From positions 4,380,001 through 4,412,000 of the forward strand of contig CP126532.1 of the NCBI GenBank assembly GCA_030167145.1: 32,000 nucleotides of DNA, given 5' to 3'. Under the pieces are notes generated by a model. The model worked only from the letters and a program-made list of their open reading frames with translations, made no database searches and was not told the DNA's origin. How positions within the stretch are numbered: position 1 is the stretch's first letter; each line of letters begins with the position of its first letter. The position numbers and the translations under genes are program-made. The stretch is from Ktedonobacterales bacterium (lineage in GTDB: Bacteria > Chloroflexota > Ktedonobacteria > Ktedonobacterales > JADMIN01). Shown in pieces: positions 17,600 through 25,733 of this stretch.

Positions 17600-19150
17600 A
17601 TGCGGCATGTGGCTCTCGTGATAATGGTGTTGGCGGTGGTGGTATCGGCGCTGACGGGATGCTCGGTGGGCGCGACGACGCTGATCGGCGGGCAGGTATT
17701 CGGCGAGCCAACTGGCGCTCCTGGGAGCGGCCACGACATCGTCGCACTGCGCGCGACAGTCAAGTGCAACAATACCTCCGCGCAGACGGGCAGCGATGGC
17801 AAGTATTCGTTGCGCGTTTCGCCAGCGGATAGTTACACCTGCACTGCGTCCGCATCGCACTACACGCCGCAGACTACGACCATTAGCGGCGCTGGCGACG
17901 TGATCGAACTGGACTTCGGCGCACCGCAGAGTCAGGCGTGCGGCCCAGTTGGCGATGCGTCGGAGATCGAATGCCCCGCGCTCACCATCCTGCGCGGCAC
18001 GCTCACAGGCGTGGTGAGCTATAGCGGCGGCGGACACGTTGGGGCGGGCATCACGGTGGCATGCGCGCCAACCGATGGCAGCGCCATTACGCCGGATAGC
18101 GAATCGTCGCTCTGGGTGTCTACCAAAACCAACGCCAACGGCGCGTATACCCTGGAATCCGTTCTGCCGGGCGATAATGGCTGCATCGCCCAGACGGATG
18201 CGAAGGTGGCGGCATATTCGGCCGCACAGATTCCGAGCAACGGCGCCGCGAAGCTGAACTTCACGCTCTGCCAGCGCCACTGCCCGCCAGTGCGTTACCA
18301 TCTCGGCAATGTCATGCACACCTATACCGCATACCTCATCTACTGGCTCCCGGCGTCCTCTACGTTCGAGCCACACGGCAGCGACAGCCGCTTCGAGTCG
18401 CTGACACAGCGCTATTTTCAGGATGTCGGCGGCACATCGTTCTACAATCTGCTCACTCAGTACTGGGACTACCAGGGCTACATACGCAACTCAGCCAAGC
18501 TTGGCGGTACGTATGTGGATACGTCTGCGTACCAGAAATGCGACGAGTCATTCGCGCATTGCGCGCCGGTCGCGGCCACGAAGAACGCGCCCCTACAAGA
18601 CAATGACATCCAGGCGGAGATTGCGCGGGCGCTGAAGGCGCATCCCTCCTGGCAGGTGGGGCCAGACAGTGAGTTCGTGGTGTTGACCGGCTATGGCGCG
18701 GAAGAGTGCGTGCCCGGCAAACCGACCATCTGCTCGTTCAACCACGGCACAAACGGGTTCTGCGGGTATCATTCCGCCTTCGATGGCGCGCAGGTAGACA
18801 AAACAGACGCCGCCGTGATCTATGCCTATATCCCCGATCCGGCGAACGACGGCGCGTATTGCACGGGCGGCGGCGGTAGCTTCCCCACGCCGAATGGCGA
18901 CGCGACTGCGGATTTAGCGATCACCATCATGTCGCACGAGCAGTTCGAGTCAGTGAGCGACCCCAATCCGGGGGTAGGGGCCTGGTATGACGATGCGCTG
19001 CCACAGAGCGAGAACGAAATTGCCGATAAATGCGAGTCCAACTTCGGGAGCATTGGCGCTGATGGCGGCAACGTGACGCTGGCGCACGGACACCGCTATC
19101 TGCTGCAAGCCGAATGGAGCAATCGCAGCAACGGCTGCGCCTTCAAGTGA
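17600..19150 (+). CDS. secreted lipoprotein, paralog 2 of 15881-17461
   Basis: MRHVALVIMVLAVVVSALTG|C lipobox. GAGGTG lies 7 nt upstream of the ATG at 17600 (track start 17525). It is colinear with paralog 1 over its full length. By eye it is roughly half to 60% identical in the C-terminal domain, including a 26-nt identical run (16707-16732 = 18409-18434). Confidence 0.8.
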   Translation: MRHVALVIMVLAVVVSALTGCSVGATTLIGGQVFGEPTGAPGSGHDIVALRATVKCNNTSAQTGSDGKYSLRVSPADSYTCTASASHYTPQTTTISGAGDVIELDFGAPQSQACGPVGDASEIECPALTILRGTLTGVVSYSGGGHVGAGITVACAPTDGSAITPDSESSLWVSTKTNANGAYTLESVLPGDNGCIAQTDAKVAAYSAAQIPSNGAAKLNFTLCQRHCPPVRYHLGNVMHTYTAYLIYWLPASSTFEPHGSDSRFESLTQRYFQDVGGTSFYNLLTQYWDYQGYIRNSAKLGGTYVDTSAYQKCDESFAHCAPVAATKNAPLQDNDIQAEIARALKAHPSWQVGPDSEFVVLTGYGAEECVPGKPTICSFNHGTNGFCGYHSAFDGAQVDKTDAAVIYAYIPDPANDGAYCTGGGGSFPTPNGDATADLAITIMSHEQFESVSDPNPGVGAWYDDALPQSENEIADKCESNFGSIGADGGNVTLAHGHRYLLQAEWSNRSNGCAFK

Positions 19151-19152
19151 GG

Positions 19153-19575
19153 CTACCGGCTGCCGACGCCCACCACCACCGCAAGCGTATGCTCGTGGGT
19201 ATCTGAGATGCTGACATCGAAGGCGATGAGTCCCAGTGCGTGGGCGCGGGCGGCGGCGCGGCCAGAGAGGCGCAGGGAGGGGTTGCCGCCAGGGAGCCGG
19301 ACGATCTCGATCTCTTGCCAGGCGGCGTCGCGCCCAATGCCCGTGCCGAGCATCTTCGCGCACGCCTCTTTCGCGGCGAAGCGCCCAACCAGCCGTTCGA
19401 TGCGCCCACCCGCCTGCTCGCGCTCCAGTGGGGTGAAAACCTTTTCGAGAAAGCGCACGCCAAAGCGCGCATAGGTGGCGATGACACGCTCGCGGGCGAT
19501 CATGTCCACGCCGACCGCAACCGGTAGCCTGCGCGCGGCAAGCTGCCCCGCGTCGAGTTCATCTGTGCCCATCAC
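19153..19575 (-). CDS. acpS: holo-[acyl-carrier-protein] synthase (4'-phosphopantetheinyl transferase)
   Basis: VGVDMIARERV...FTPLERE...RFAAKEACAKMLGTG...EIEIV...SISDTHEHTLAVVV. Typical AcpS length and motifs. Confidence 0.9.
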   Translation of the reverse strand: MMGTDELDAGQLAARRLPVAVGVDMIARERVIATYARFGVRFLEKVFTPLEREQAGGRIERLVGRFAAKEACAKMLGTGIGRDAAWQEIEIVRLPGGNPSLRLSGRAAARAHALGLIAFDVSISDTHEHTLAVVVGVGSR

Positions 19576-19621
19576 GCCGCCTCCCCCCTCCCGCGATTGC
19601 GATACAGCAAACCGCGCGAAA

Positions 19622-19649
19622 CACGAGGCTTCCGCGCGGCGTGCCGTAC
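19622..19649 (-). terminator. weak hairpin between ugd and acpS (terminator/attenuator candidate)
   Basis: CCGCGCG (19622-19628) and CGCGCGG (19643-19649) form a 7-bp stem. On the minus strand it is followed by TTTG only. Confidence 0.3.
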
Positions 19650-19679
19650 CATGCCCGAAGATGCGCTGATATATACGCT

Positions 19680-21113
19680 CTACTGCTGCTCGCGCAGATC
19701 ACCATTGTACTTGTGGAGATTGCGAGCCGCCTTGGTATCTGATCGCTTTTCGCCACGGGAGCGCGTGACACCTCTGGCGCGCTCGACACCCCGTCCGATG
19801 CCGAAGTAGCGGAAGCCCGCGATGGTCGCCTCTTCAGCGTTGAAGAGGTTGCGGCCGTCAATCAGCACGGGGCCACCCTCTACCTCCGCCATGACGGCGC
19901 GCAGTTCGGCAAGATTCAACTCGCGGAAACGCTTCCACTCGGTGACGATGATCACGCCCTGGCAACCAGTGACCGCCGCAAGCTCATCGTCGCAGTAGCG
20001 CACCTGCCAGTCGGGCTGGATGCGCTGCGCGGTCTCCACCGCGACCGGATCGTAAGTATGCACGTTCGCGCCCGCTTCGATCAGCCAGTTGATGATGTCA
20101 ATCGCGGGGGCTTCGCGCATGTCGTCGGTGTTGTCCTTGAAGGCCAGCCCCAGCACGGCAATGTTCTTGCCGCGCAGGCTATCGGAGCCACCCAGCGCCG
20201 CTTCCAGCCGCTCAACAGCCAGTCGCCGCTGGTCGTGATTGATCTTCATGACGGCTTCGATCAACTGCGGATGCAGCCCGACTTCGTCGGCCATGAACGC
20301 CAACGCCTTGATGTCTTTGGGAAAGCAAGAGCCCCCGTATCCGAGGCCCGCGTTCAGGAAAGCGCGCCCAATACGCTTGTCGTAGCCCATGCCCTCCGCC
20401 ACTTCGGTGACATCCGCGCCGAGCAGATCGCAGATGCGCGCCATCTCGTTGATGAACGAGATTTTGGTCGCCAGGAAGGCATTCGAAGCGTACTTAATCA
20501 TCTCCGCCGTATAGAGGTTGGTAATCATGATCGGCGCACGCAGCGGCAGGTAGAGCTTCGCGACCGCGTCGGCGGCATCGCGATCCGTGGAGCCGAGGAC
20601 GATGCGATCTGGATTCTTGAAATCGTGAACGGCGACGCCCTCGCGCAAGAATTCAGGATTCGAGACCACTGAAACTTTCAGCGAGGTGTCGCGAAGGTGC
20701 TCATGAATCCGCTGCGAAACGAGGTTGCCGCTGCCGACGGGCATCGTGCTCTTGTTGATGACAATCACATCATGGGTTAGATTCTCGGCGATAGACTTCG
20801 CCGCGTCCTCCACATGCGACATATCCGCGCCCGCGCCATCTGGTCCGGTGGGCGTGTTGACTGCGATGAAGATGTAGTCTACCCCAGGAACACCTTCGCT
20901 GTAGTCAGTGGTGAAGGAGAGACGCTTCGCGGCCACAGTGCGACGCACGATAGCGTCCAATCCCGGCTCGAAGATGGGCAGTTCGCCCGCACGCAATCGC
21001 TCGATCTTCTCATCTACGATGTCGAGACAGATCACGCTATTGCCCAGGTCAGCCAGGCACGCGCCAGTCACCAGACCGACATAGCCTGTGCCCACCACAC
21101 AAATCCTCTTCAT
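19680..21113 (-). CDS. ugd: UDP-glucose 6-dehydrogenase
   Basis: MKRICVVGTGYVGLVTGACLADLG Rossmann motif, catalytic Cys context GYGGSCFPKD, and GGAGGAG SD upstream. It has a basic extension of about 40 aa at the C-terminus. Confidence 0.95.
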   Translation of the reverse strand: MKRICVVGTGYVGLVTGACLADLGNSVICLDIVDEKIERLRAGELPIFEPGLDAIVRRTVAAKRLSFTTDYSEGVPGVDYIFIAVNTPTGPDGAGADMSHVEDAAKSIAENLTHDVIVINKSTMPVGSGNLVSQRIHEHLRDTSLKVSVVSNPEFLREGVAVHDFKNPDRIVLGSTDRDAADAVAKLYLPLRAPIMITNLYTAEMIKYASNAFLATKISFINEMARICDLLGADVTEVAEGMGYDKRIGRAFLNAGLGYGGSCFPKDIKALAFMADEVGLHPQLIEAVMKINHDQRRLAVERLEAALGGSDSLRGKNIAVLGLAFKDNTDDMREAPAIDIINWLIEAGANVHTYDPVAVETAQRIQPDWQVRYCDDELAAVTGCQGVIIVTEWKRFRELNLAELRAVMAEVEGGPVLIDGRNLFNAEEATIAGFRYFGIGRGVERARGVTRSRGEKRSDTKAARNLHKYNGDLREQQ

Positions 21114-21271
21114 TTCAGCAACACTCCTCCACAGAAACAGGCGCTTCGCGACGCGGAGAATCTTGACACTTGCACGCCGCTACGGTTTAGGGAGTTACCC
21201 CTGGCCCACAAGACTTGAACGAGCAACGCGCAGCGCGCGTAGTACTCCATTGGAATATTCGCTACGCACGC

Positions 21272-21967
21272 TCATGTCCCCGCCTGCACAAACGGGTTCA
21301 ACCGGCGTTCCTGCTCGATGGTCGTCTCTGGCCCATGACCAGGATACACCGTCAACGGGCCGGGCAGAGGATAGAGGCGTGTCAGGATGCTCTCGTAAAT
21401 CGCCTCTTCATTGCCGCCCGGCAAATCTGTGCGTCCGATGCCGCGTCGGAAGAGCGTATCGCCCGTTAGAATCCACCAGTCGCCGCAGCGCAGCGACACG
21501 CTCCCCGGCGTATGCCCCGGCGTGGCGATGACTTCGAGTGACAGGTCGCCCACGCGCAACTCGCCACAGTCGCGCAGTTCTTCATCAGGTTGCGCCAGGG
21601 TCTCAGGCAACAGATAGCCGAACCCCGCGCCCATCTCGCGCGCCGCACGTTCATAGAGATACGCATCGGCGGGATGCGCCGCAATCGGGACGTGCGCTGG
21701 CAGACCCGCCATCACCGCCTCGGTGGCCGCGATATGGTCAAAATGTCCGTGGGTATGCACGATACGCGCCACATGGCTCGCCGTCTCGGCAATTGCCGCA
21801 AGGATACGCTCTGGTTCGGAGCCGGGGTCAACGACGATGGCCTGGCGCGTGTGTGGGCAGGTAACGATGTAGCAATTCGCCTCTAGCAGGCCGTTGGGGA
21901 TGATGGTGAGGAGCGGCTCAGGCGATGAGCCGCTATGCTTGTCTTCCGTCATGGTATCGTCGCGCAT
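21272..21967 (-). CDS. MBL-fold metallo-hydrolase (glyoxalase II-like)
   Basis: HTHGHFDH metal-binding motif, TPGHTPGS, GDTLF, and RTDLPGG. Confidence 0.9.
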   Translation of the reverse strand: MRDDTMTEDKHSGSSPEPLLTIIPNGLLEANCYIVTCPHTRQAIVVDPGSEPERILAAIAETASHVARIVHTHGHFDHIAATEAVMAGLPAHVPIAAHPADAYLYERAAREMGAGFGYLLPETLAQPDEELRDCGELRVGDLSLEVIATPGHTPGSVSLRCGDWWILTGDTLFRRGIGRTDLPGGNEEAIYESILTRLYPLPGPLTVYPGHGPETTIEQERRLNPFVQAGT

Positions 21968-22090
21968 ACTCGGTCTTTCTCAAGTGGTCTCTTCCGTTGC
22001 CACCGGCACAGTGTAGCATATCGCGCGGCGCACACTGGCGGAATAGGCCATCTACGTATCCTGACGTACCGCACGCCGTATCGTCATTCA

Positions 22091-22119
22091 TTGACACGGC
22101 GTGCGCTGTCCGCGATAAT
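22091..22119 (+). promoter_or_regulatory. near-consensus sigma70 promoter upstream of lgt
   Basis: TTGACA (22091-22096), a 17-nt spacer, then GATAAT (22114-22119). A 9-bp inverted repeat, GCACGCCGT (22071-22079) / ACGGCGTGC (22096-22104), brackets the -35. Confidence 0.55.
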
Positions 22120-22282
22120 GCCCACTAGATGCGATACGGCGCCACGTACTGTGGGATAGTGGGCGCACTTGATGCTGACGCGCGTACACAGACCGCTTTA
22201 GGCACACGTCGCGCATGCTGAGCTTGGCGTGTCCGCTGCCATGTCAGATCCGCCGCATCGCGAACCAGGAGGATATCATCCC

Positions 22283-23410
22283 ATGCAACTATCGGGTGTG
22301 CTGCATGCGCATCTCTCTACGCTCGGCTTCTTCGTCCTGAATATTGACCCCGTGCTGTTTCGGCTTGGCCCCATCGCCGTACACTGGTACGGCCTGATGT
22401 ATGTCGTCGCCATCAGTGTCGCGCTGTGGGCGCTGATGCGCTATTCGCGCAAGCTCGGCATCCACGAGGAACAACTCTGGAGCCTCTTCATCTGGACGGC
22501 GATAGCCGGACTCGTCGGCGGGCGGCTCTACTTTGTGATTCAGCAGCCAGACCTCGTCAACAATTATCTGCTCGACCCAATCAACATCTTCGCCGTCTGG
22601 AATGGCGGCATGGCCTTCTTTGGCGCGGTGTTCTTCGGCACAGCGACGCTCTTTCTGCTCGCGCCACGCTATGGCCTTAGCCGCTGGATTGCTATTGACT
22701 GTGGCGCGTTCTTCGCGGTGATCGGCCAGATCTTCGGGCGCGTCGGCAACGTCGTCAACGGGGATATTCTCGGCAAGGTGGTCAGCGCCCATGTGGCGAT
22801 TCCGGCGGGTGTGTGTACGCAGTCGCCGTGCATCGCGTATGTCTCCGACCCGCACATTTTGCCCTGGGCCATCGTCTACACCAACCCCAACAACACCTTC
22901 GCCACGCTTGGTGCCGCGTACCATCCCGCGCAGGTCTACGAGATGCTGATGAATATCGCCATTCTGGCGATACTCCTGCCGCTGCGTTTCAAGCTGCCGC
23001 GCATACGCGCGGGCTACTTCTTCATCGCCTATCTGGCGCTCTACGCCATCTCGCAGATTGTCGTCTTCTTCGCCCGCGACACCGAGCCAGTGACGCCCTT
23101 CCTCGGCATCACCGCCTTTAAGCAGGCGCAGTGGACTGGCCTCGTCGTCCTGCTGCTCTGCATCCCGCTGATCCTGATCGTGCGACGTTTCTCCGCCCCG
23201 TGGACCTACGACACCGCGCACCCCGTACCACTGGATGGGGTAGCTGGCGTGCCTACAGCAAGCGTCAATTCGTCACGCGCCGTGAAGAGCCAGTTGCGCC
23301 CAGTCAAAAGGGCTGTGCCCACGCTAGAGCCGGTGGACGATCTCGCGCCGTGGGAGCCGACGCGCGTCACTGGCGGCGGGCTGCGCAACATCCTCGGTCC
23401 GCGCTCCTGA
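22283..23410 (+). CDS. lgt: prolipoprotein diacylglyceryl transferase
   Basis: HWYGLMYVVA, GGRLYFVI, WNGGMAFFGAVF, and GRVGNVVNGD motifs. The ATG at 22283 has AGGAGG 9 nt upstream (track start 22229). It is longer than typical Lgt, with an internal insertion and a C-terminal tail. Confidence 0.9.
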   Translation: MQLSGVLHAHLSTLGFFVLNIDPVLFRLGPIAVHWYGLMYVVAISVALWALMRYSRKLGIHEEQLWSLFIWTAIAGLVGGRLYFVIQQPDLVNNYLLDPINIFAVWNGGMAFFGAVFFGTATLFLLAPRYGLSRWIAIDCGAFFAVIGQIFGRVGNVVNGDILGKVVSAHVAIPAGVCTQSPCIAYVSDPHILPWAIVYTNPNNTFATLGAAYHPAQVYEMLMNIAILAILLPLRFKLPRIRAGYFFIAYLALYAISQIVVFFARDTEPVTPFLGITAFKQAQWTGLVVLLLCIPLILIVRRFSAPWTYDTAHPVPLDGVAGVPTASVNSSRAVKSQLRPVKRAVPTLEPVDDLAPWEPTRVTGGGLRNILGPRS

Positions 23411-23455
23411 GTCTGGCATGCGTGGTGGCGTTTGTAGCCTTGGGGAGGCGAGCCT

Positions 23456-24076
23456 ATGCGGGCGCAGGATTGCGCGTTCTGTAATCGCGGGCACCTGAGC
23501 AATATCTTGATGGAGTCCGAGCGCTTTCTGTTGCTCGCCGATCATGCGCCACTGGTCGCAGGGCATCTGCTGATCATTCCTAGAGAGCATTATGCCTGTT
23601 ATGGCGCTGTGCCAGCAGACCTGGAGGACGAGTTGCTCGCGCTCAAAGCGCGCGTGGCGGACTTCCTTGCCGCCGCCTATCATGTGCCGATCTTCTTCGA
23701 GCATGGCGTCTTTCGCCAGACGGTGTATCATGCCCACCTGCATGCGATTCCGCTCGGCGCGGAGAGCTTCCGCCTCGACGATCTGCTCACCGATGGCGCG
23801 CGGCGCGTCCACACGCCCGCCGACATTCGCGCGTGGTACGCCGAGCGCGGTCACTACTACTACATCGAGCATCTTGCCCGCGACGGTTCCTCACCCGAAG
23901 CCGTGATCTTCCCGCCGGCGTATGAGCCATACTTCAGCGCGCTTGGGCGGCTGCGCAACGCTTCGGGGCAATTGGGCGCCTGGGAACCACAGCCGCTGCG
24001 CCGCCTCCACAGTCAGTCTAAGATAGACGCGCTGAAACGCGCATGGGAGGAGTATGCAAGGAGAGCGGGTGGTTGA
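23456..24076 (+). CDS. HIT (histidine triad) family protein
   Basis: Histidine triad VYHAHLHAIP and N-terminal CAFC...LVAGHLLIIPREH. GGGGAGG SD 8 nt upstream. The last ~20 codons are duplicated in diverged form at 26490-26549. Confidence 0.85.
   Translation: MRAQDCAFCNRGHLSNILMESERFLLLADHAPLVAGHLLIIPREHYACYGAVPADLEDELLALKARVADFLAAAYHVPIFFEHGVFRQTVYHAHLHAIPLGAESFRLDDLLTDGARRVHTPADIRAWYAERGHYYYIEHLARDGSSPEAVIFPPAYEPYFSALGRLRNASGQLGAWEPQPLRRLHSQSKIDALKRAWEEYARRAGG
24011..24057 (+). repeat. direct repeat copy 1 (3' end of the HIT gene; candidate attL-like junction)
   Basis: agtcagtctAAGATAGACGCGCTGAAACGCGCatgggaggagtatgc. The 23-nt core at 24020-24042 is identical to 26499-26521. Confidence 0.9.
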
Positions 24077-24220
24077 AACCGCGCCTGGATGGCATGCCAC
24101 TACTCCGCTTCGCTCACAGTCTGCTCCGCTCCCTTATGGGCGCTCGCTGCGCCGTAGGCTGGCCCCGCCGACGCGCCTCGTGAATAGATAAGAGCGCATC
24201 AGATAATGCTCTCCATAGAC

Positions 24221-24243
24221 CCCGTGGCTCAAGCCACGGGTTT
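24221..24243 (+). terminator. hairpin plus short T-run downstream of the HIT gene
   Basis: CCCGTGGC tcaa GCCACGGG (8-bp stem, 24221-24240) followed by TTTG. It lies 145 nt after the HIT stop. Confidence 0.4.
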
Positions 24244-24496
24244 GCTGCTACCCCGCCAGGGGCGCCACGTCTGGCGGTATGACGACCGCCCGGTGGCCAT
24301 TATTGACCGCCGCGTCCAGGTCGGCAGAAGCGTAGAACTCACATACGACACAGAGGAAGCCGCAGTCGGTGATACTCGGCGGGGCCTGCCGCTTAACGCC
24401 GAATGCCGTCTCCCTGCCGCGTGAGTGAACAAATCGGGCACACGCCTGAAACGCTTTTCGTCCATGAAACCCAAAAGCAGTTGTCAATGCTCCCCC

Positions 24497-24528
24497 TTGA
24501 CTCTGACGTTACGTCAAAGTCGCATCCT
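24497..24528 (+). promoter_or_regulatory. MerR-type operator-promoter (over-long spacer with central dyad)
   Basis: -35 TTGACT (24497-24502). Perfect dyad TGACGT-T-ACGTCA (24504-24516), extendable to ACTcTGACGT-T-ACGTCAaAGT (24500-24520) and centred in the spacer as in the mer and bmr promoters. Weak -10 CATCCT at 24523-28, giving a 20-nt spacer. It lies about 90 nt upstream of the small ORF and merR-like gene. Confidence 0.6.
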
Positions 24529-24614
24529 CTGCTTAAGAGTTGCGGCGATCTGGTGAACAGCCATCTATCCGGCAACCGGACCAACCGTTCTACATGTGCG
24601 AGAGGAATCCTACC

Positions 24615-24830
24615 ATGAGCATGATTGATACGCTCTTACAGCGTAACGTGGAACTCGATGATCACTATGATGCGATCACGCAACTGGATGGAGCCGCATT
24701 CCTCCATCTAGCTGCCGGGTTCGTCGCCGGGCACAAAGCCCATTTCCGGCGTTGGGACTTCGCCTGGCTGCATCACGCGCTGCGCGATTCGGTCAGTTTT
24801 TGTATCGCCAGCAGTGAGGAAAGGAGGTGA
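24615..24830 (+). CDS. small hypothetical protein (71 aa)
   Basis: The ATG at 24615 is preceded by GAGAGGAA (7 nt). It ends 7 nt before the merR-like start. No recognisable domain, so its coding status is uncertain. Confidence 0.4.
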   Translation: MSMIDTLLQRNVELDDHYDAITQLDGAAFLHLAAGFVAGHKAHFRRWDFAWLHHALRDSVSFCIASSEERR

Positions 24831-24837
24831 AGCTGTT

Positions 24838-25713
24838 ATGTTTCGTATTGGCGAATTTTCCCTCATCGCCCAGGTATCGGGACGGCTCCTGCGTTACTAC
24901 GACGAGATAGGGTTGCTCAGCCCGGAGTATACCGATCCGCAGACGGGCTATCGCTACTATAGCGCCGCACAATTGCCCCACCTCAATCGCATTCTCGTCT
25001 TGAAGGAACTCGGGTTGGGACTCGACCAGATTGCCCGGCTCCTGAGTCAGGGCGCCTCCTCCGAGGAGATTCGGGGCATGCTGCTGTTGCGGAAAGCGCA
25101 AATCACGCAGGCGATGCAGGATGGCTTGGACCAACTTCACCTGGTCGAAGCCCGTCTCGATCAGATGGACGCATTTGGCCAGACGCCGGTTCTCGATGTG
25201 GTGGTGAAGGCGATCCCATCCCAACGATATCTGGCGCTACGCGAAGTATTCCCAGACGTTGCGTCCGTCCGTCGGTTGGTAGTACACATGACGACTATCG
25301 TGCCGCACAAAATGCCCGCGAGTAGCCTGGGCCAGATTGCCTTTGTCGTTCACTCGCGGATGTTTGACCCAGATGCCCTGGACTTTGAGGTCGGCTTTCT
25401 CCTCACGGGCAACCCTGGAAATAGTGGAAAGACCCCCACTGCGTTCCAACTTTCGGAGGAACGGGTATTGACCGTGCATGACCTCCCGGCGGTTGAGATG
25501 ATGGCGACGCTGGTCCATGTTGGAAGCATCACCGACATCCACCGCACGTATGGCCTGCTGGGCGCCTGGGTGGAGCAGCAGCAGTGGCAGATCGTGGGGC
25601 AGGGCCGGCAAGTCCTCTTGCAGCTCCCGCAACCCGGTCACGACGATGCCGTCATTGAACTCCAGATTCCGGTCAGCAAGGCGGGTACACCGTACCTGCA
25701 GCAAGACATGTAG
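24838..25713 (+). CDS. MerR-family transcriptional regulator with C-terminal GyrI-like (SbmC/BmrR-type) effector-binding domain
   Basis: MFRIGEFSLIAQVSGRLLRYYDEIGLLSPEYTDPQTGYRYYS is a classic MerR wHTH. A coiled-coil linker follows, then a ~160-aa GyrI-like C-terminus. AAAGGAGGTGA lies 8 nt upstream of the ATG at 24838 (track start 24814). Confidence 0.9.
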   Translation: MFRIGEFSLIAQVSGRLLRYYDEIGLLSPEYTDPQTGYRYYSAAQLPHLNRILVLKELGLGLDQIARLLSQGASSEEIRGMLLLRKAQITQAMQDGLDQLHLVEARLDQMDAFGQTPVLDVVVKAIPSQRYLALREVFPDVASVRRLVVHMTTIVPHKMPASSLGQIAFVVHSRMFDPDALDFEVGFLLTGNPGNSGKTPTAFQLSEERVLTVHDLPAVEMMATLVHVGSITDIHRTYGLLGAWVEQQQWQIVGQGRQVLLQLPQPGHDDAVIELQIPVSKAGTPYLQQDM

Positions 25714-25733
25714 ACATTGTAAAGGAGATTTCC

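Noticed and set aside
17429-18376. 315-aa (-) ORF
   Set aside because: It is antisense to lipoprotein paralog 2. The + frame is conserved in paralog 1, which argues for the + strand gene.
19148-19155. Convergent stops of lipoprotein paralog 2 and acpS are only 2 nt apart, and pdp and rhomboid stops overlap (9628-9631)
   Set aside because: Tight convergent packing is common in compact genomes. It is noted but not considered a distinct feature.
22289-23221. 310-aa (-) ORF
   Set aside because: It is antisense to lgt, whose motifs are unambiguous.
24615-24830. The N-terminus of the 71-aa ORF (MSMIDTLLQRNVEL..) resembles the start of beta-carbonic anhydrase-like proteins
   Set aside because: The similarity is limited to a few residues, and no CxDxR/HxxC zinc motifs follow. 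This is too weak to call, even as a pseudogene.
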